This document shows positions 25,315 to 35,205 of a stretch of 64,000 nt of DNA, piece after piece. Under the pieces are notes generated by a model. It did not search any database and was not told the DNA's origin. It saw only the letters and a program-made list of their open reading frames with translations. Source of the stretch: Escherichia phage vB_EcoM_CRJP21; the sequence record OQ708376.1. The stretch is one strand, 5' to 3'. The translations under genes were made by a program, and so were the position numbers. Numbering within the stretch: the stretch's first letter is position 1; every line of letters begins with the position of its first letter.

Positions 25315-25532
25315 AAATCATTACCGATGTAGAATACCTAACAATCATAAATGGACTGTTTTTGAAGCTCTTCGTCATTAACACATCAGATATACCAGAT
25401 ATGGATAAAATTATTAAGAGAAATGAAGTCTATGTTCTAGCTACCCTTGGAACGAACTATCAAGAACACGACATTAAAGATTATATTAATACACTTAAAC
25501 GAGCGATTGAACTAAAATGCCAAAACCACTAG
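25299..25532 (+). CDS. family-1 small protein
   Basis: core LGTNYQEHDI. Confidence 0.55.
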   Translation: MQMQMKIITDVEYLTIINGLFLKLFVINTSDIPDMDKIIKRNEVYVLATLGTNYQEHDIKDYINTLKRAIELKCQNH

Positions 25533-25732
25533 GAACAGCAGAATACATTGAACTCATGGGATTACACTTCTCATCCTTTCAGAAACTTATGCGAGAATCA
25601 AAGAATGATTTAGAATATACCATCAGAGGTTCCGATTTAAGAATGCTTCTCACCCTAGACACAGATTCCCAAGAGCGATTTGTCAATGAGCATATTAGAG
25701 CACTTTTAATGGAAATTAAAAGTAAACTATGA
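25517..25732 (+). CDS. family-1 small protein
   Basis: core LDTDSQERFV. Confidence 0.55.
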   Translation: MPKPLGTAEYIELMGLHFSSFQKLMRESKNDLEYTIRGSDLRMLLTLDTDSQERFVNEHIRALLMEIKSKL

Positions 25733-25944
25733 AGATAATATCAAACCAAGAGTACTTGGCACTATTCAGGAAGAATAATCACAAATATATGGCACTTGAT
25801 TCAAGAACTGATATAAGTGAACTTGAAAAAAATCTTTTGCGTTCAGATATGATAGTACTGACACTCTTAGGAACACAGCATCAAGAGAGAACTGTTAATT
25901 CACACATAGGTATTCTTATACAGATTGTACAGGAAAAGATATGA
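25729..25944 (+). CDS. family-1 small protein
   Basis: core LGTQHQERTV. Confidence 0.6.
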   Translation: MKIISNQEYLALFRKNNHKYMALDSRTDISELEKNLLRSDMIVLTLLGTQHQERTVNSHIGILIQIVQEKI

Positions 25945-26162
25945 GAATCATATCACAACAAGATATTCTTAAGTTCACAAGGGTTCATGCATCTGAATTT
26001 GATGCTATATTATCAAAAAGTTACAACAACCCTTATACACAAGATGTACATTACAGTGAATTATGGATGTATATACTTTTAGGTACAAATAAGCAAGAGC
26101 AAGCCGTACAGAAGTATTTGACAGCTTTACGTGATGCTACAGCTAATGGAGTATGTGTTTAA
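25941..26162 (+). CDS. family-1 small protein
   Basis: core LGTNKQEQAV. Confidence 0.6.
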   Translation: MRIISQQDILKFTRVHASEFDAILSKSYNNPYTQDVHYSELWMYILLGTNKQEQAVQKYLTALRDATANGVCV

Positions 26163-26163
26163 T

Positions 26164-26406
26164 ATGAAAGTACTATCTGAATTAGAAATGTATCATAGAT
26201 TTAATAAGTACTATCATTTACTTAAGCCTATACAGAGGATTAAATGTCCATTTGAAGAGAAACAGGTATTAATTTATGAGCATAAGTTATTTGTATCATT
26301 AGGTACGAATGAACAAGAGTATTATTTGAAGTTGTACTTGATTACATTAATAGATTTAATTCACTATAAAACCAAACAAGCTAATAAAGAGAAATATGAA
26401 AACTAA
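26164..26406 (+). CDS. family-1 small protein
   Basis: core LGTNEQEYYL; N-term MKVLSELEMY. Confidence 0.55.
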   Translation: MKVLSELEMYHRFNKYYHLLKPIQRIKCPFEEKQVLIYEHKLFVSLGTNEQEYYLKLYLITLIDLIHYKTKQANKEKYEN

Positions 26407-26740
26407 TATACAACTCAAGGTATATAAATCATTTGAACATACATATATCAAAAGTAGTCTATGTAGAGATGTAATGGATTACAAGGGTAAGCCATTCACA
26501 ATTACCTATGATTCTTATGTTAGTGATTTATATATATCATTTGTTAATTACGAAAATAAAATATACAAGCACGTTGATATTAAAGATTTAAGTACTTTAT
26601 CACCAGAGGAATACTTTCAGGAATCATTAGTATGGGATTTAGAGTTCCCTATGCCATTAGTACATAAGATGATAGTACTAATGAAAGAATCTAAACAGGA
26701 GCCTAATAGTGGTTATGAAGAACACACAGTTGAGTATTAA
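26396..26740 (+). CDS. family-2 protein (EEYFQxSLV-core family)
   Basis: core EEYFQESLVWD. Confidence 0.6.
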   Translation: MKTNIQLKVYKSFEHTYIKSSLCRDVMDYKGKPFTITYDSYVSDLYISFVNYENKIYKHVDIKDLSTLSPEEYFQESLVWDLEFPMPLVHKMIVLMKESKQEPNSGYEEHTVEY

Positions 26741-27110
26741 AAGTACTGATAATACTAAGAGTTATACAAGCTCAAGTACTGTGACAATCGAAGTGAATTC
26801 TATTAATGCTGGTAATGCAGTAGATAAGTTCTTTATTGCTCAAGGGTACAGGAAAGATATTCATCAATACTGTTCAGTATATGGGGAGTACAATTCTACT
26901 GAAGATATAATTTATTGGTCAACACATCAAGATTATATAACTAAAATTGGCGTTCCAGATGTTAGTACTTTATCTGAAGAAGAATACTTTCAGTACAGCT
27001 TAGTACATGATGTACCTATACCTTTAGGGTTAATCAAGGGTATGCAGGAAGAGGTTCATAAGCTTAAATCCATGAGTTCAGGTACTTTCATTAGAACAGT
27101 GCAATACTAG
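26709..27110 (+). CDS. family-2 protein
   Basis: core EEYFQYSLVHD. Confidence 0.6.
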   Translation: MVMKNTQLSIKSTDNTKSYTSSSTVTIEVNSINAGNAVDKFFIAQGYRKDIHQYCSVYGEYNSTEDIIYWSTHQDYITKIGVPDVSTLSEEEYFQYSLVHDVPIPLGLIKGMQEEVHKLKSMSSGTFIRTVQY

Positions 27111-27111
27111 C

Positions 27112-27140
27112 TTGACAGTACTTTTTATTACTGATATAGT
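27112..27140 (+). promoter_or_regulatory. internal sigma70-like promoter (TTGACA, 17 bp, TATAGT)
   Basis: consensus boxes. Confidence 0.55.
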
Positions 27141-27169
27141 GCACCAACGTTAATCATAGGGTACAGATT

Positions 27170-27415
27170 ATGTTAAAATTTTTAAATTTCCTTATCGTCT
27201 TGTGTATTGTTCTTGGAATTGCACCGTTTGTATTAGCGTATCTGGATTCAGATGAAATGCAGAAGATGAATTGCACAAAGACAGGACAGAGTAGAGAAGA
27301 GACGGTTATGATGCCTGTAACGGTTATTGTGAATAACATACCAATTACGAACATGATTCCTACCCTAACGACAACGTACCAGTACTCTTGTGCAGACGGA
27401 GAGAGGTGGAGATGA
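27170..27415 (+). CDS. small membrane protein (N-terminal TM helix)
   Basis: MLKFLNFLIVLCIVLGIAPFVLAYL hydrophobic N-terminus. Confidence 0.5.
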   Translation: MLKFLNFLIVLCIVLGIAPFVLAYLDSDEMQKMNCTKTGQSREETVMMPVTVIVNNIPITNMIPTLTTTYQYSCADGERWR

Positions 27416-27732
27416 AATTTAATATAGCAAAAACATCGAATGTATGTATATTTGGTTATGCAGATGAGTTAGGTGATATTGACATTCTTTTGTACAAAAA
27501 GGATGGTGTTATGCATTTCAAGTACCAGGATGAAGAGGCAGACAATTATCCTTTACCTAATTTAGTACAAATGCAGGAAGAGGAATTATTCCAGTACAGC
27601 TTAGTATATGACATTGATATTTGCACGATGCCAGTACTAATTAATATTCAAAAAGTGATGCTCGATGTGTTTGATAGGCTAATACAAGGCACACAAGGAA
27701 GAACCATATATGTCAATGTACAAGACAATTAA
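27412..27732 (+). CDS. family-2 protein
   Basis: core EELFQYSLVYD; ATGA coupling, RBS GGAGG. Confidence 0.6.
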   Translation: MKFNIAKTSNVCIFGYADELGDIDILLYKKDGVMHFKYQDEEADNYPLPNLVQMQEEELFQYSLVYDIDICTMPVLINIQKVMLDVFDRLIQGTQGRTIYVNVQDN

Positions 27733-27925
27733 TCAAGAATGGAAGACCCAAAAGTACAGGGAATTCAGTACTAGTTTAACAAAAGATGCATTGAATTTAA
27801 AAAGAACAGAGTTTGATATGTTTATTTTTCTTGGAACACGTTCACAGGAACAATACATTCATTATTATATAAGTTCATTGCGAACGGAGATCGTATACAA
27901 AACACAGGGTATTATAAAAAAGTAA
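27710..27925 (+). CDS. family-1 small protein (outlying copy)
   Basis: core LGTRSQEQYI. Confidence 0.5.
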   Translation: MSMYKTINQEWKTQKYREFSTSLTKDALNLKRTEFDMFIFLGTRSQEQYIHYYISSLRTEIVYKTQGIIKK

Positions 27926-27933
27926 ACCAATAT

Positions 27934-28161
27934 TTGTACGCTACAAAGTACAGGGATTTTTGTTTAAAGGGTGGTGATGAAGATTTTTCTTTGCGATTAT
28001 CAGAATTTAATCTGTTATTTTATCTTGGTACATCGGAACAAGAAGAAATGGCACAGAAATTTATCAAGCACCTTGAACAAAAAATTCATATGCAAATTTT
28101 GATGCTTAAGGTACATAATGAGATAAACAAATATGAACCCAACAATAGTACAGGATCTTAA
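27934..28161 (+). CDS. family-1 small protein (outlying copy, TTG start)
   Basis: core LGTSEQEEMA; no in-frame ATG. Confidence 0.4.
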   Translation: MYATKYRDFCLKGGDEDFSLRLSEFNLLFYLGTSEQEEMAQKFIKHLEQKIHMQILMLKVHNEINKYEPNNSTGS

Positions 28162-28522
28162 ACAAGTAATATTCCTTTTGAATACAAGAAGTGAAATGTA
28201 TACAGAGTTTAAAGAGATTAATGCATTTTATCAGAATTTTGTAATTCAAGAGTTCAGTGATTTAATTACAGATGCATTATTTGAATTATCGGAAAAATAC
28301 AAAGGAACAGAGTTCAGTGTTAAGAATGTATTACGTTCTTTATCAAAGCGTATAATAAAATTAGATCATTTTACATTTGACAATAAAGATTTATTCAGTC
28401 ATAATCCAAGTACAGCTTTATATTTTATTCCTGATTCAGACAAAAATCATCCTATTCATTACGGATGGATTTTGTCGTACATAGTACAAGGAAAGGAGTA
28501 TCCTATTAAATGGAACGATTAG
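28133..28522 (+). CDS. hypothetical protein (129 aa)
   Basis: track ORF; no family motif. Confidence 0.45.
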   Translation: MNPTIVQDLKQVIFLLNTRSEMYTEFKEINAFYQNFVIQEFSDLITDALFELSEKYKGTEFSVKNVLRSLSKRIIKLDHFTFDNKDLFSHNPSTALYFIPDSDKNHPIHYGWILSYIVQGKEYPIKWND

Positions 28523-28670
28523 GGCGATTAGATTATTACACAATTAATACAAATTATTTGTTGCGTAATATAAAATCCGATTACAAAATATGGATAAAGA
28601 ACAGAGATAGTATGTGTTATGAATTTTATTTAGATTATGCCATCAAACGCTTTTTAAGAGAAGAACATTA

Positions 28671-28853
28671 ATGCACACACCGCACAAAAATACAAAAACG
28701 ATAAATGTTTTAAATGATTCTTTATTGGTGAGTATAAATTTATATTATAAAATTCATTTAAATGGTGGTATTGAAAATTTTAGTTATTATTTGAGTGCAA
28801 TATCGCAAGAGCATTTAATATACCAAGATCATTTATTGCACCCGAATCCATAA
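28671..28853 (+). CDS. hypothetical small protein (60 aa)
   Basis: track ORF only. Confidence 0.3.
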   Translation: MHTPHKNTKTINVLNDSLLVSINLYYKIHLNGGIENFSYYLSAISQEHLIYQDHLLHPNP

Positions 28854-28861
28854 GGCAAATT

Positions 28862-29407
28862 ATGAATGATATAGAATTATTAGCACACAAGATTAGTACA
28901 ATAATGCTTATCCTCAATAACAACCATCCTATATCGCAGATAGATGGAATCCTGAGTCAGAGGACAGGTGGTAGTTTATATTTGACATTAACAGAGGTTA
29001 TCGCAAGGAATTACATTGATATTGAAATCGAGAACAGTGATGCATCAGGAAAGGTTGATGTAGGTGCATTAATCAGTTCAAATCCAGTATCAGCATCCCC
29101 ATTGACCAAAGGTGTTAGTACAGGATTCGAAGGGTATTTGTGGTACAATACCAATGATGATTATTTTATATATCAGCATTCCAATACAAATTATGATGAA
29201 GACAAATTTCAGTTCATAGACCCTTATGATGAAGCTGAAGTATTTCAAAAATCATTAATCACAAAACCGCATGAGATGATGTATCTAATGTTATTCAGTA
29301 CAATGCATTTGAATCGATTAATTAAAGGTTTAAAATTTTATATTCAATTGAATTTAGTCCATGTAGTTTATGATTTATTAATGCAAGGATATAGTTATGA
29401 AGTATAA
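28862..29407 (+). CDS. family-2 protein
   Basis: core AEVFQKSLIT. Confidence 0.55.
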   Translation: MNDIELLAHKISTIMLILNNNHPISQIDGILSQRTGGSLYLTLTEVIARNYIDIEIENSDASGKVDVGALISSNPVSASPLTKGVSTGFEGYLWYNTNDDYFIYQHSNTNYDEDKFQFIDPYDEAEVFQKSLITKPHEMMYLMLFSTMHLNRLIKGLKFYIQLNLVHVVYDLLMQGYSYEV

Positions 29408-29708
29408 AATGATGTATACCCCAGATATGATTTATGTTGAATTAGAAGATGATGACGATGGGTGGAATTTGATTTATTCAAGAAGTTCAGGTTGGTACAT
29501 GGCACATTTAAATGATTCGATAGTTACAGATTATTTTGTAGATTTCAATACATTATCCGATGAAGAATTGTTCCAACAGCAATTAGTAATTGACACGGGT
29601 GGTTATGATGTTTTATTATTAAAAAAGATACAGAAAGCTGTTATTGATTTTAAGCCCATGATATGGCAAAGGAAATATTATGACCTCGAAGTACCGTACC
29701 AGCAATGA
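29397..29708 (+). CDS. family-2 protein
   Basis: core EELFQQQLVID. Confidence 0.55.
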   Translation: MKYKMMYTPDMIYVELEDDDDGWNLIYSRSSGWYMAHLNDSIVTDYFVDFNTLSDEELFQQQLVIDTGGYDVLLLKKIQKAVIDFKPMIWQRKYYDLEVPYQQ

Positions 29709-30246
29709 AATTCAGTACACCTACGCTAATGCAATCCTTATGGGACAAAAGTTAGCTTGTATTGTTGCAGCCTTATATAATGCACAGAAAGATTACAAGC
29801 GTCACATCCACAAATGTATTGGTATTATTCCATCGAAGTACAATACATATATTGCGTGCACGAGTCATTTTGATAAACGATTCAATACACCTGATACCCC
29901 AAATGCCAGTAGTGTTATTGGTCTTTTGGATTTCGCACCTGGTGCTGTTATTGGAAAGAATGATTTAGAGTACACATGGTATAATAAAAATGCCCCGTTA
30001 GTAATGGTAAAATATGATACAGAAACGAATAAAACAATAGAGTACAATACATATAAATCAGAGGAAGAATTTTTCCAAGGTTCATTGCTTGTGCCAGTGC
30101 GTTTGTTGTTTTATAATGTCCTTATTAGTACAGTACACAATAGTCCATTACACAAGAATCACAAAATTAATTTCAATTTTTGTGCTTATGCGATTGATGG
30201 TGTGTATGAGTGTTTAATGGAGGTATTGAGTTATGAAGCTGAATAA
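29680..30246 (+). CDS. family-2 protein
   Basis: core EEFFQGSLLV. Confidence 0.55.
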   Translation: MTSKYRTSNEIQYTYANAILMGQKLACIVAALYNAQKDYKRHIHKCIGIIPSKYNTYIACTSHFDKRFNTPDTPNASSVIGLLDFAPGAVIGKNDLEYTWYNKNAPLVMVKYDTETNKTIEYNTYKSEEEFFQGSLLVPVRLLFYNVLISTVHNSPLHKNHKINFNFCAYAIDGVYECLMEVLSYEAE

Positions 30247-30574
30247 TACATTTGATATTAATAAGTTAAGAGAATGGTTTTATAGTATTGAAATTGAAGC
30301 CATCCCGTATCATAGATATGAACAATATAATTTAACCAGTATTGATATCAGTGAGTTGTACGCGTATTATCAAAGTGCATTAGAGATGCATAAGTTATTT
30401 TTGAGTACAGATTTTGTTCTAAATTACAATTTTGAGGAATTTAATAATTATAATTTAGTACAGAAATATGTAGTAGCAAAGTACATGTACAATCAAGGTA
30501 TCAAAGGTTGCCTCGAATTCAATACCGTTCTTATTTTAGTTGAGGTAATTTTATGCACCGCATGTCTGATTTAG
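30233..30574 (+). CDS. hypothetical protein (possibly divergent family-2)
   Basis: degenerate ELYAYYQSALEM. Confidence 0.4.
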   Translation: MKLNNTFDINKLREWFYSIEIEAIPYHRYEQYNLTSIDISELYAYYQSALEMHKLFLSTDFVLNYNFEEFNNYNLVQKYVVAKYMYNQGIKGCLEFNTVLILVEVILCTACLI

Positions 30575-31050
30575 AGTTCAGTTTAGATGCAGCCTTTAAA
30601 TTTGTTCACAAAATAGAAACAATATATCGTACATTATGTGCAATAACATCAGTATCAAAAGAGTTTGATGTTGGTGAAAGGTATCAGGTGTGGAATAATT
30701 CATTTTATAATAAAGAACATTCTGCGACGGCATTTTATATTTTAGCATTTAATCCCAGCAATTGTTACCCAGAGAAGCATGAACGTTATCCAAATGACGA
30801 CATGTGGTTTGAGTACAAAGAAGATGCTGATATGTCGTCAATTGTAGTTCCTGATGATTTTAATGCACAAGATTTAACAGAAGAGTGGTGGTTCCAGCAG
30901 AATTTAGTACATGATGATATTGATTTATTTTTCTATATTGCATTTAAAATGCTTTATCACAACAATATAGTTAAAGAAAGTTTATCGTTTTCATGTCTAT
31001 ATATTGATGATTTGTACAATGAAATTCAAATAAACATGCCTGTATCGTAA
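30553..31050 (+). CDS. family-2 protein
   Basis: core EWWFQQNLVHD. Confidence 0.55.
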   Translation: MHRMSDLEFSLDAAFKFVHKIETIYRTLCAITSVSKEFDVGERYQVWNNSFYNKEHSATAFYILAFNPSNCYPEKHERYPNDDMWFEYKEDADMSSIVVPDDFNAQDLTEEWWFQQNLVHDDIDLFFYIAFKMLYHNNIVKESLSFSCLYIDDLYNEIQINMPVS

Positions 31051-31075
31051 GATATGGGCTTTTTTCGTTTTGGTA

Positions 31076-31104
31076 TTGACAAAGAAGTGCAAAGCTGTTA
31101 TCAT
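31076..31104 (+). promoter_or_regulatory. internal promoter (TTGACA, 17 bp, TATCAT)
   Basis: consensus boxes; RBS AAGGAGA follows. Confidence 0.55.
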
Positions 31105-31132
31105 GTGTAATCATTTTAAAGGAGAACATATA

Positions 31133-31645
31133 GTGAGTTTCATAATCCCAAGTACATACGAAGATGCATCAAGTGCAGTTCATAAGATTCATTATATTTT
31201 TAATTTAATTATTAGATCTGCAAAAATTAAAATGTATGCACCTCTTGTGACAAATAATCGAAATGAAGAAATTTTTATTAGCACAGACAAAATTATTTTT
31301 CCATATTTCAATGAAGATAGATTGTGGTTCATACATTTAGCTGCATTACAAAAATATAAGATGTCAATTCGTAATAATTTGGATATACCGTTATATCATC
31401 CTGATATTGGAGAGGATGAATATTTTCAGTACAGTACAGTACACCGCCATGAAGATATCTTTGTTGCTATGCTTATTGCTAAATTGAATACCGTTGATTT
31501 GGAGCAGTACAAATACAATAATAAATCATGTAAGATCATAATCCCTGCATTCATAGCTCTTTATGATTATGTGGTGCATAACAAAAAAGATGATACATAT
31601 GCTTTCAATGAAGAGTATTTGAATTTTTTTAAGGAGAACATATGA
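31133..31645 (+). CDS. family-2 protein (GTG start)
   Basis: core DEYFQYSTVH; GTG 8 nt after AAGGAGA, same RBS context as next gene. Confidence 0.55.
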   Translation: MSFIIPSTYEDASSAVHKIHYIFNLIIRSAKIKMYAPLVTNNRNEEIFISTDKIIFPYFNEDRLWFIHLAALQKYKMSIRNNLDIPLYHPDIGEDEYFQYSTVHRHEDIFVAMLIAKLNTVDLEQYKYNNKSCKIIIPAFIALYDYVVHNKKDDTYAFNEEYLNFFKENI

Positions 31646-32169
31646 GCAGTGAAGTGCTGAAATCAATGACATTCAATGAAATTGGTACATTTAAAGATAA
31701 GATCATTGATTGCATTGAATACATGATTTGTAGTAATATCGAAAGTATCGAGATATTTAACAAGACAAATCGCTCTTACCATATGATGTACATTGCAAAC
31801 AATAATGGTATCATTCCATTTATTTCGGATAGTACAATATGGTACGCATGTGATACGAAAAAAACCACAATAGGTTTACATTCATTTGAGACACATTATG
31901 ATCTAATTATTCCTGAACATTGTATGCAAGAAGAAGAATATTTTCAAATGCAATGTATACATTCACCATTAGTGTTGTTTAGTTTATATATTATACCTTA
32001 TATCACCAAATGTGTTCATGAGAATAAAGCTCCGTGGAATCATGAATTTGTATCGTTGAAGTTATTGTATAATGTATTAGTAGAATATTATGATTACAGG
32101 CACAATGGTACAATCAGTGATGTATGGGATTTTGAATCGCTAAGGGTGAAAACATACACAGGTGAATGA
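31642..32169 (+). CDS. family-2 protein
   Basis: core EEYFQMQCIH; RBS AAGGAGAACAT. Confidence 0.6.
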   Translation: MSSEVLKSMTFNEIGTFKDKIIDCIEYMICSNIESIEIFNKTNRSYHMMYIANNNGIIPFISDSTIWYACDTKKTTIGLHSFETHYDLIIPEHCMQEEEYFQMQCIHSPLVLFSLYIIPYITKCVHENKAPWNHEFVSLKLLYNVLVEYYDYRHNGTISDVWDFESLRVKTYTGE

Positions 32170-32785
32170 TATGACCAGAATTAAAATGTATGATTTGATG
32201 CAGTACAGTAAAATTGCCATTCCAGTGCTTAATAAAGTGCTGGATGCATTCATTGCCAAATACCCTGAGAATTCAGTGTTATGTATTCCATTTAGTGTTC
32301 CAGATAAAGATGATATATTCCAAGTGAATGTCAGTACACGTGGTATTACATTACAGCAGAAATACATGGATACGGAATATTATGGAATAAAGTTGGATTC
32401 AGTACAGGGTTCAAAATCAGCCTATGATTTTTTTGTTCCTAATAATATAGAGTCATGGGAAACAAACATTTCAAAGAAAGATGAAAATGATGTTCCTATT
32501 AGTGGTGTGTTCAACAATAAAGTTTTTTATTATTACGAAACCGACAAATTCCCTGAAGAGTTATATTACAATTCAGAAATGAATGAAGATGTAGATGCAT
32601 TCATGTTTCAATTATCTTTAGTACATGATATCATTGATGTTCAAGAGTTAAGAGCAGAAATCAATTTAGCTAAAGAGTTATCGGACATGCTGCCACCGTT
32701 TAGTATGCTTTTTTGTGAAGGTGGTTATTTTTCAAAAGAAGTGTTTGAACATTTCGTAGATGTTGTAAAAGGGTTGGATATATAG
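32162..32785 (+). CDS. family-2 protein (alt start 32171)
   Basis: core AFMFQLSLVHD. Confidence 0.55.
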   Translation: MNDMTRIKMYDLMQYSKIAIPVLNKVLDAFIAKYPENSVLCIPFSVPDKDDIFQVNVSTRGITLQQKYMDTEYYGIKLDSVQGSKSAYDFFVPNNIESWETNISKKDENDVPISGVFNNKVFYYYETDKFPEELYYNSEMNEDVDAFMFQLSLVHDIIDVQELRAEINLAKELSDMLPPFSMLFCEGGYFSKEVFEHFVDVVKGLDI

Positions 32786-32786
32786 T

Positions 32787-32981
32787 ATGCTTACAGTTGA
32801 TGTTAAACAAAAATACCGTAAGTTTGATTGGTTCACCGACAGTTTCCAGCTTGAATTATTACATTTGAATATCTGTGAAACATTATGTGCAGAAACACAA
32901 GATGAATTTGATGATAGAGTGATGAACATAGTAATGCTTTCTTGCTTTAAACATTTTGGTTATTTTTTCGGACAGAATTGA
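32787..32981 (+). CDS. short family-2-like protein (64 aa)
   Basis: DSFQLELLH. Confidence 0.4.
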   Translation: MLTVDVKQKYRKFDWFTDSFQLELLHLNICETLCAETQDEFDDRVMNIVMLSCFKHFGYFFGQN

Positions 32982-32989
32982 GGTAAAAA

Positions 32990-33505
32990 ATGCATCAACA
33001 CAAGCATCATTCATATGATTTTGCAATTAACATTATGAAGTTTATTCGAGCGTTGGAGGATGGGAAGCTTAGTCATAAGTACAGGAAAGAGGGTAACAAT
33101 TGGTTCAGAAATGATTCCGAGTTCAGTTGTCATAAAATCGTGTATAGTAATCAGTACAGTGCCAATTACCTACAAGATGTAGTGATGTGTTTTGAATACG
33201 TGTTGCAGTTCAGGGGTTCAATCCAAGATGAGTTGATGGAGAACATGTACATCCGATACCTTCCAATGCTCAAAGATGAAAATGTATTATTAAATTCAAT
33301 ATACCAACGAGTTCGTGAAATTGAGTGCAGGGATATATTAGATACAGAAGAATCGTATTTCCAGCAATCCCTGATTTATGCACCTGATTTATTACAGGTA
33401 CATAATTTGTTTAATACATTACGTCAAAACATCAGTACAGACATATTTTTGTCATTATCGGATTATGATACATTTGTCAAAGATTTAGAGGAAATAGGTT
33501 TATGA
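32990..33505 (+). CDS. family-2 protein
   Basis: core ESYFQQSLIY. Confidence 0.6.
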   Translation: MHQHKHHSYDFAINIMKFIRALEDGKLSHKYRKEGNNWFRNDSEFSCHKIVYSNQYSANYLQDVVMCFEYVLQFRGSIQDELMENMYIRYLPMLKDENVLLNSIYQRVREIECRDILDTEESYFQQSLIYAPDLLQVHNLFNTLRQNISTDIFLSLSDYDTFVKDLEEIGL

Positions 33506-33846
33506 GTCGATTTTCGGTTTATATAGTAAACGTCAGTAAAGATGGTAGTTTAATTGAATTTGATGTAGTTGATAACAATGATAATTCATATGGTATTAAG
33601 GTACAGGACAATGATGTACAGTTCAGTACAAGGACAAATTTTGAGAATCCAGTCCAAGTTCCGAATTTCATAGAAGATGAAGCTGCACGATTCCAATACG
33701 AAACGGCATATGACAATGTACATATGCATATTATTATGCAAACGAGTTTAGTTCAATTAGTTCCTTTGTTCAGACAAAATATATATGTACATGAAGTGTC
33801 GATTAATGGCATTCAAAGTTCCGTTTTGTTCGGTACAAATATGTAA
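33502..33846 (+). CDS. family-2 protein (variant core)
   Basis: core AARFQYETAYD. Confidence 0.5.
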   Translation: MSRFSVYIVNVSKDGSLIEFDVVDNNDNSYGIKVQDNDVQFSTRTNFENPVQVPNFIEDEAARFQYETAYDNVHMHIIMQTSLVQLVPLFRQNIYVHEVSINGIQSSVLFGTNM

Positions 33847-33856
33847 GGAAAGTACA

Positions 33857-34399
33857 ATGAGTTTATTAGATACATTAGAAAAAGACAGAAGTGCAATTAA
33901 GCGTTTAAAAGAGCAAGTACAAAAGATTGTATACAACGTTGATAAGTTTGAAGTCCCAGGAAGATTTGGTGATATTTCCCATACGGAGATCAAATCCCTT
34001 AAGTCAGATTTGTTGATTAAAAATAAAAATGGGTTGATTTTAGTTTTGAGTTCAGATATGATGGGGGCAACACATAGTTATAATGCAGTATCGGTGCGTT
34101 CAGAGTGTGAAGGTATATATCTATCACAGGGTTTCAATAGCGAGACACAGGTTTGTTTTTGTGATGCAGTACATGACCCTATGAAGTTCACGAGAAGTGA
34201 AGCCCAAGCGTTATTAGAGCTATCAGACGAGAGTTTGTTTCAGTACAGTACAATGTATGACAATGATAAGCTTCGTTGTATGTACGCTGTAAAGCATTAT
34301 ACACAGGAGTTCTCTGGATTTGCATACCTTTTAGTTAGAACCAATACCATATATATTGATATGTTAGAAGATTACATCGATAAAGTTGTTAATGTATGA
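33857..34399 (+). CDS. family-2 protein
   Basis: core ESLFQYSTMYD; RBS AAGGA. Confidence 0.55.
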   Translation: MSLLDTLEKDRSAIKRLKEQVQKIVYNVDKFEVPGRFGDISHTEIKSLKSDLLIKNKNGLILVLSSDMMGATHSYNAVSVRSECEGIYLSQGFNSETQVCFCDAVHDPMKFTRSEAQALLELSDESLFQYSTMYDNDKLRCMYAVKHYTQEFSGFAYLLVRTNTIYIDMLEDYIDKVVNV

Positions 34400-34411
34400 T
34401 TTTGTGATGGG

Positions 34412-34585
34412 ATGATGCTAATGAAAGAGTTATTTGAAGATCAGTTCAATACATATGTGGATAATATTCTTTATTCCAGTCGTGCCAGTCAACGAGGAAA
34501 TCGTGCTTACAATATTGATTACCTATTGGTGGTGCTGAGTTCACAGTACACCAATGCGGTACAAAGGGTTTATTATGAAAAGTGA
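34412..34585 (+). CDS. hypothetical small protein (57 aa, not in track)
   Basis: hand-translated ORF. Confidence 0.3.
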   Translation: MMLMKELFEDQFNTYVDNILYSSRASQRGNRAYNIDYLLVVLSSQYTNAVQRVYYEK

Positions 34586-34784
34586 AAGTAATAGTGATAT
34601 TGCAAAGGAGAAGTTTAAGTGCAGTTTAGATTACGGTTTAAATAATTTTCTTACATGCACAATGTACAGGGATGAGGATTATGAACAATCCGTAATTTCG
34701 TTGCATCGATATTTCGAAATAATTTACGCAAGATATCTTAGAAGGTTAGAGGGAATAGGGGATTGGTATAATGATTACGTTTGA
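34575..34784 (+). CDS. hypothetical protein (69 aa)
   Basis: track ORF restarted at internal ATG. Confidence 0.4.
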   Translation: MKSESNSDIAKEKFKCSLDYGLNNFLTCTMYRDEDYEQSVISLHRYFEIIYARYLRRLEGIGDWYNDYV

Positions 34785-35007
34785 AGAACCAGAAACAATG
34801 AGTCCATATACGATGAAAGGTTTTGAATTCATGATGGATTCGATTTTGAAGAGTTCGTGTTTAGTACACAATCCTGAGCGTGCAACAGTGAGGGAATATC
34901 AGGACAATGCATTACAGCGTGTAATGAATATGTACAGGAATACGAGTCGCAAGCTTTGTGCGTTGAAAAGGATTGAAGAAATCAAGGTTTCTAGGCTGAA
35001 TAAATAG
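34771..35007 (+). CDS. hypothetical protein (78 aa)
   Basis: track ORF. Confidence 0.45.
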   Translation: MITFEEPETMSPYTMKGFEFMMDSILKSSCLVHNPERATVREYQDNALQRVMNMYRNTSRKLCALKRIEEIKVSRLNK

Positions 35008-35205
35008 AGACGTTTCATTTTGACAGGCCGCAGGGGGGTCAAAAAAATTTCCGCTGAAAAACATGCTAAGGTATATGTTTAATATAAAGTTTTATATTGT
35101 GTTTTTCAGAGTACAGTTCATGTTTCCTTAAACAAAAAAAATACCCCGCCACCGAACGTGCTCCTTATATTGGAGTTTACCTTATTAATTAAAGTTGAGG
35201 ATTAC

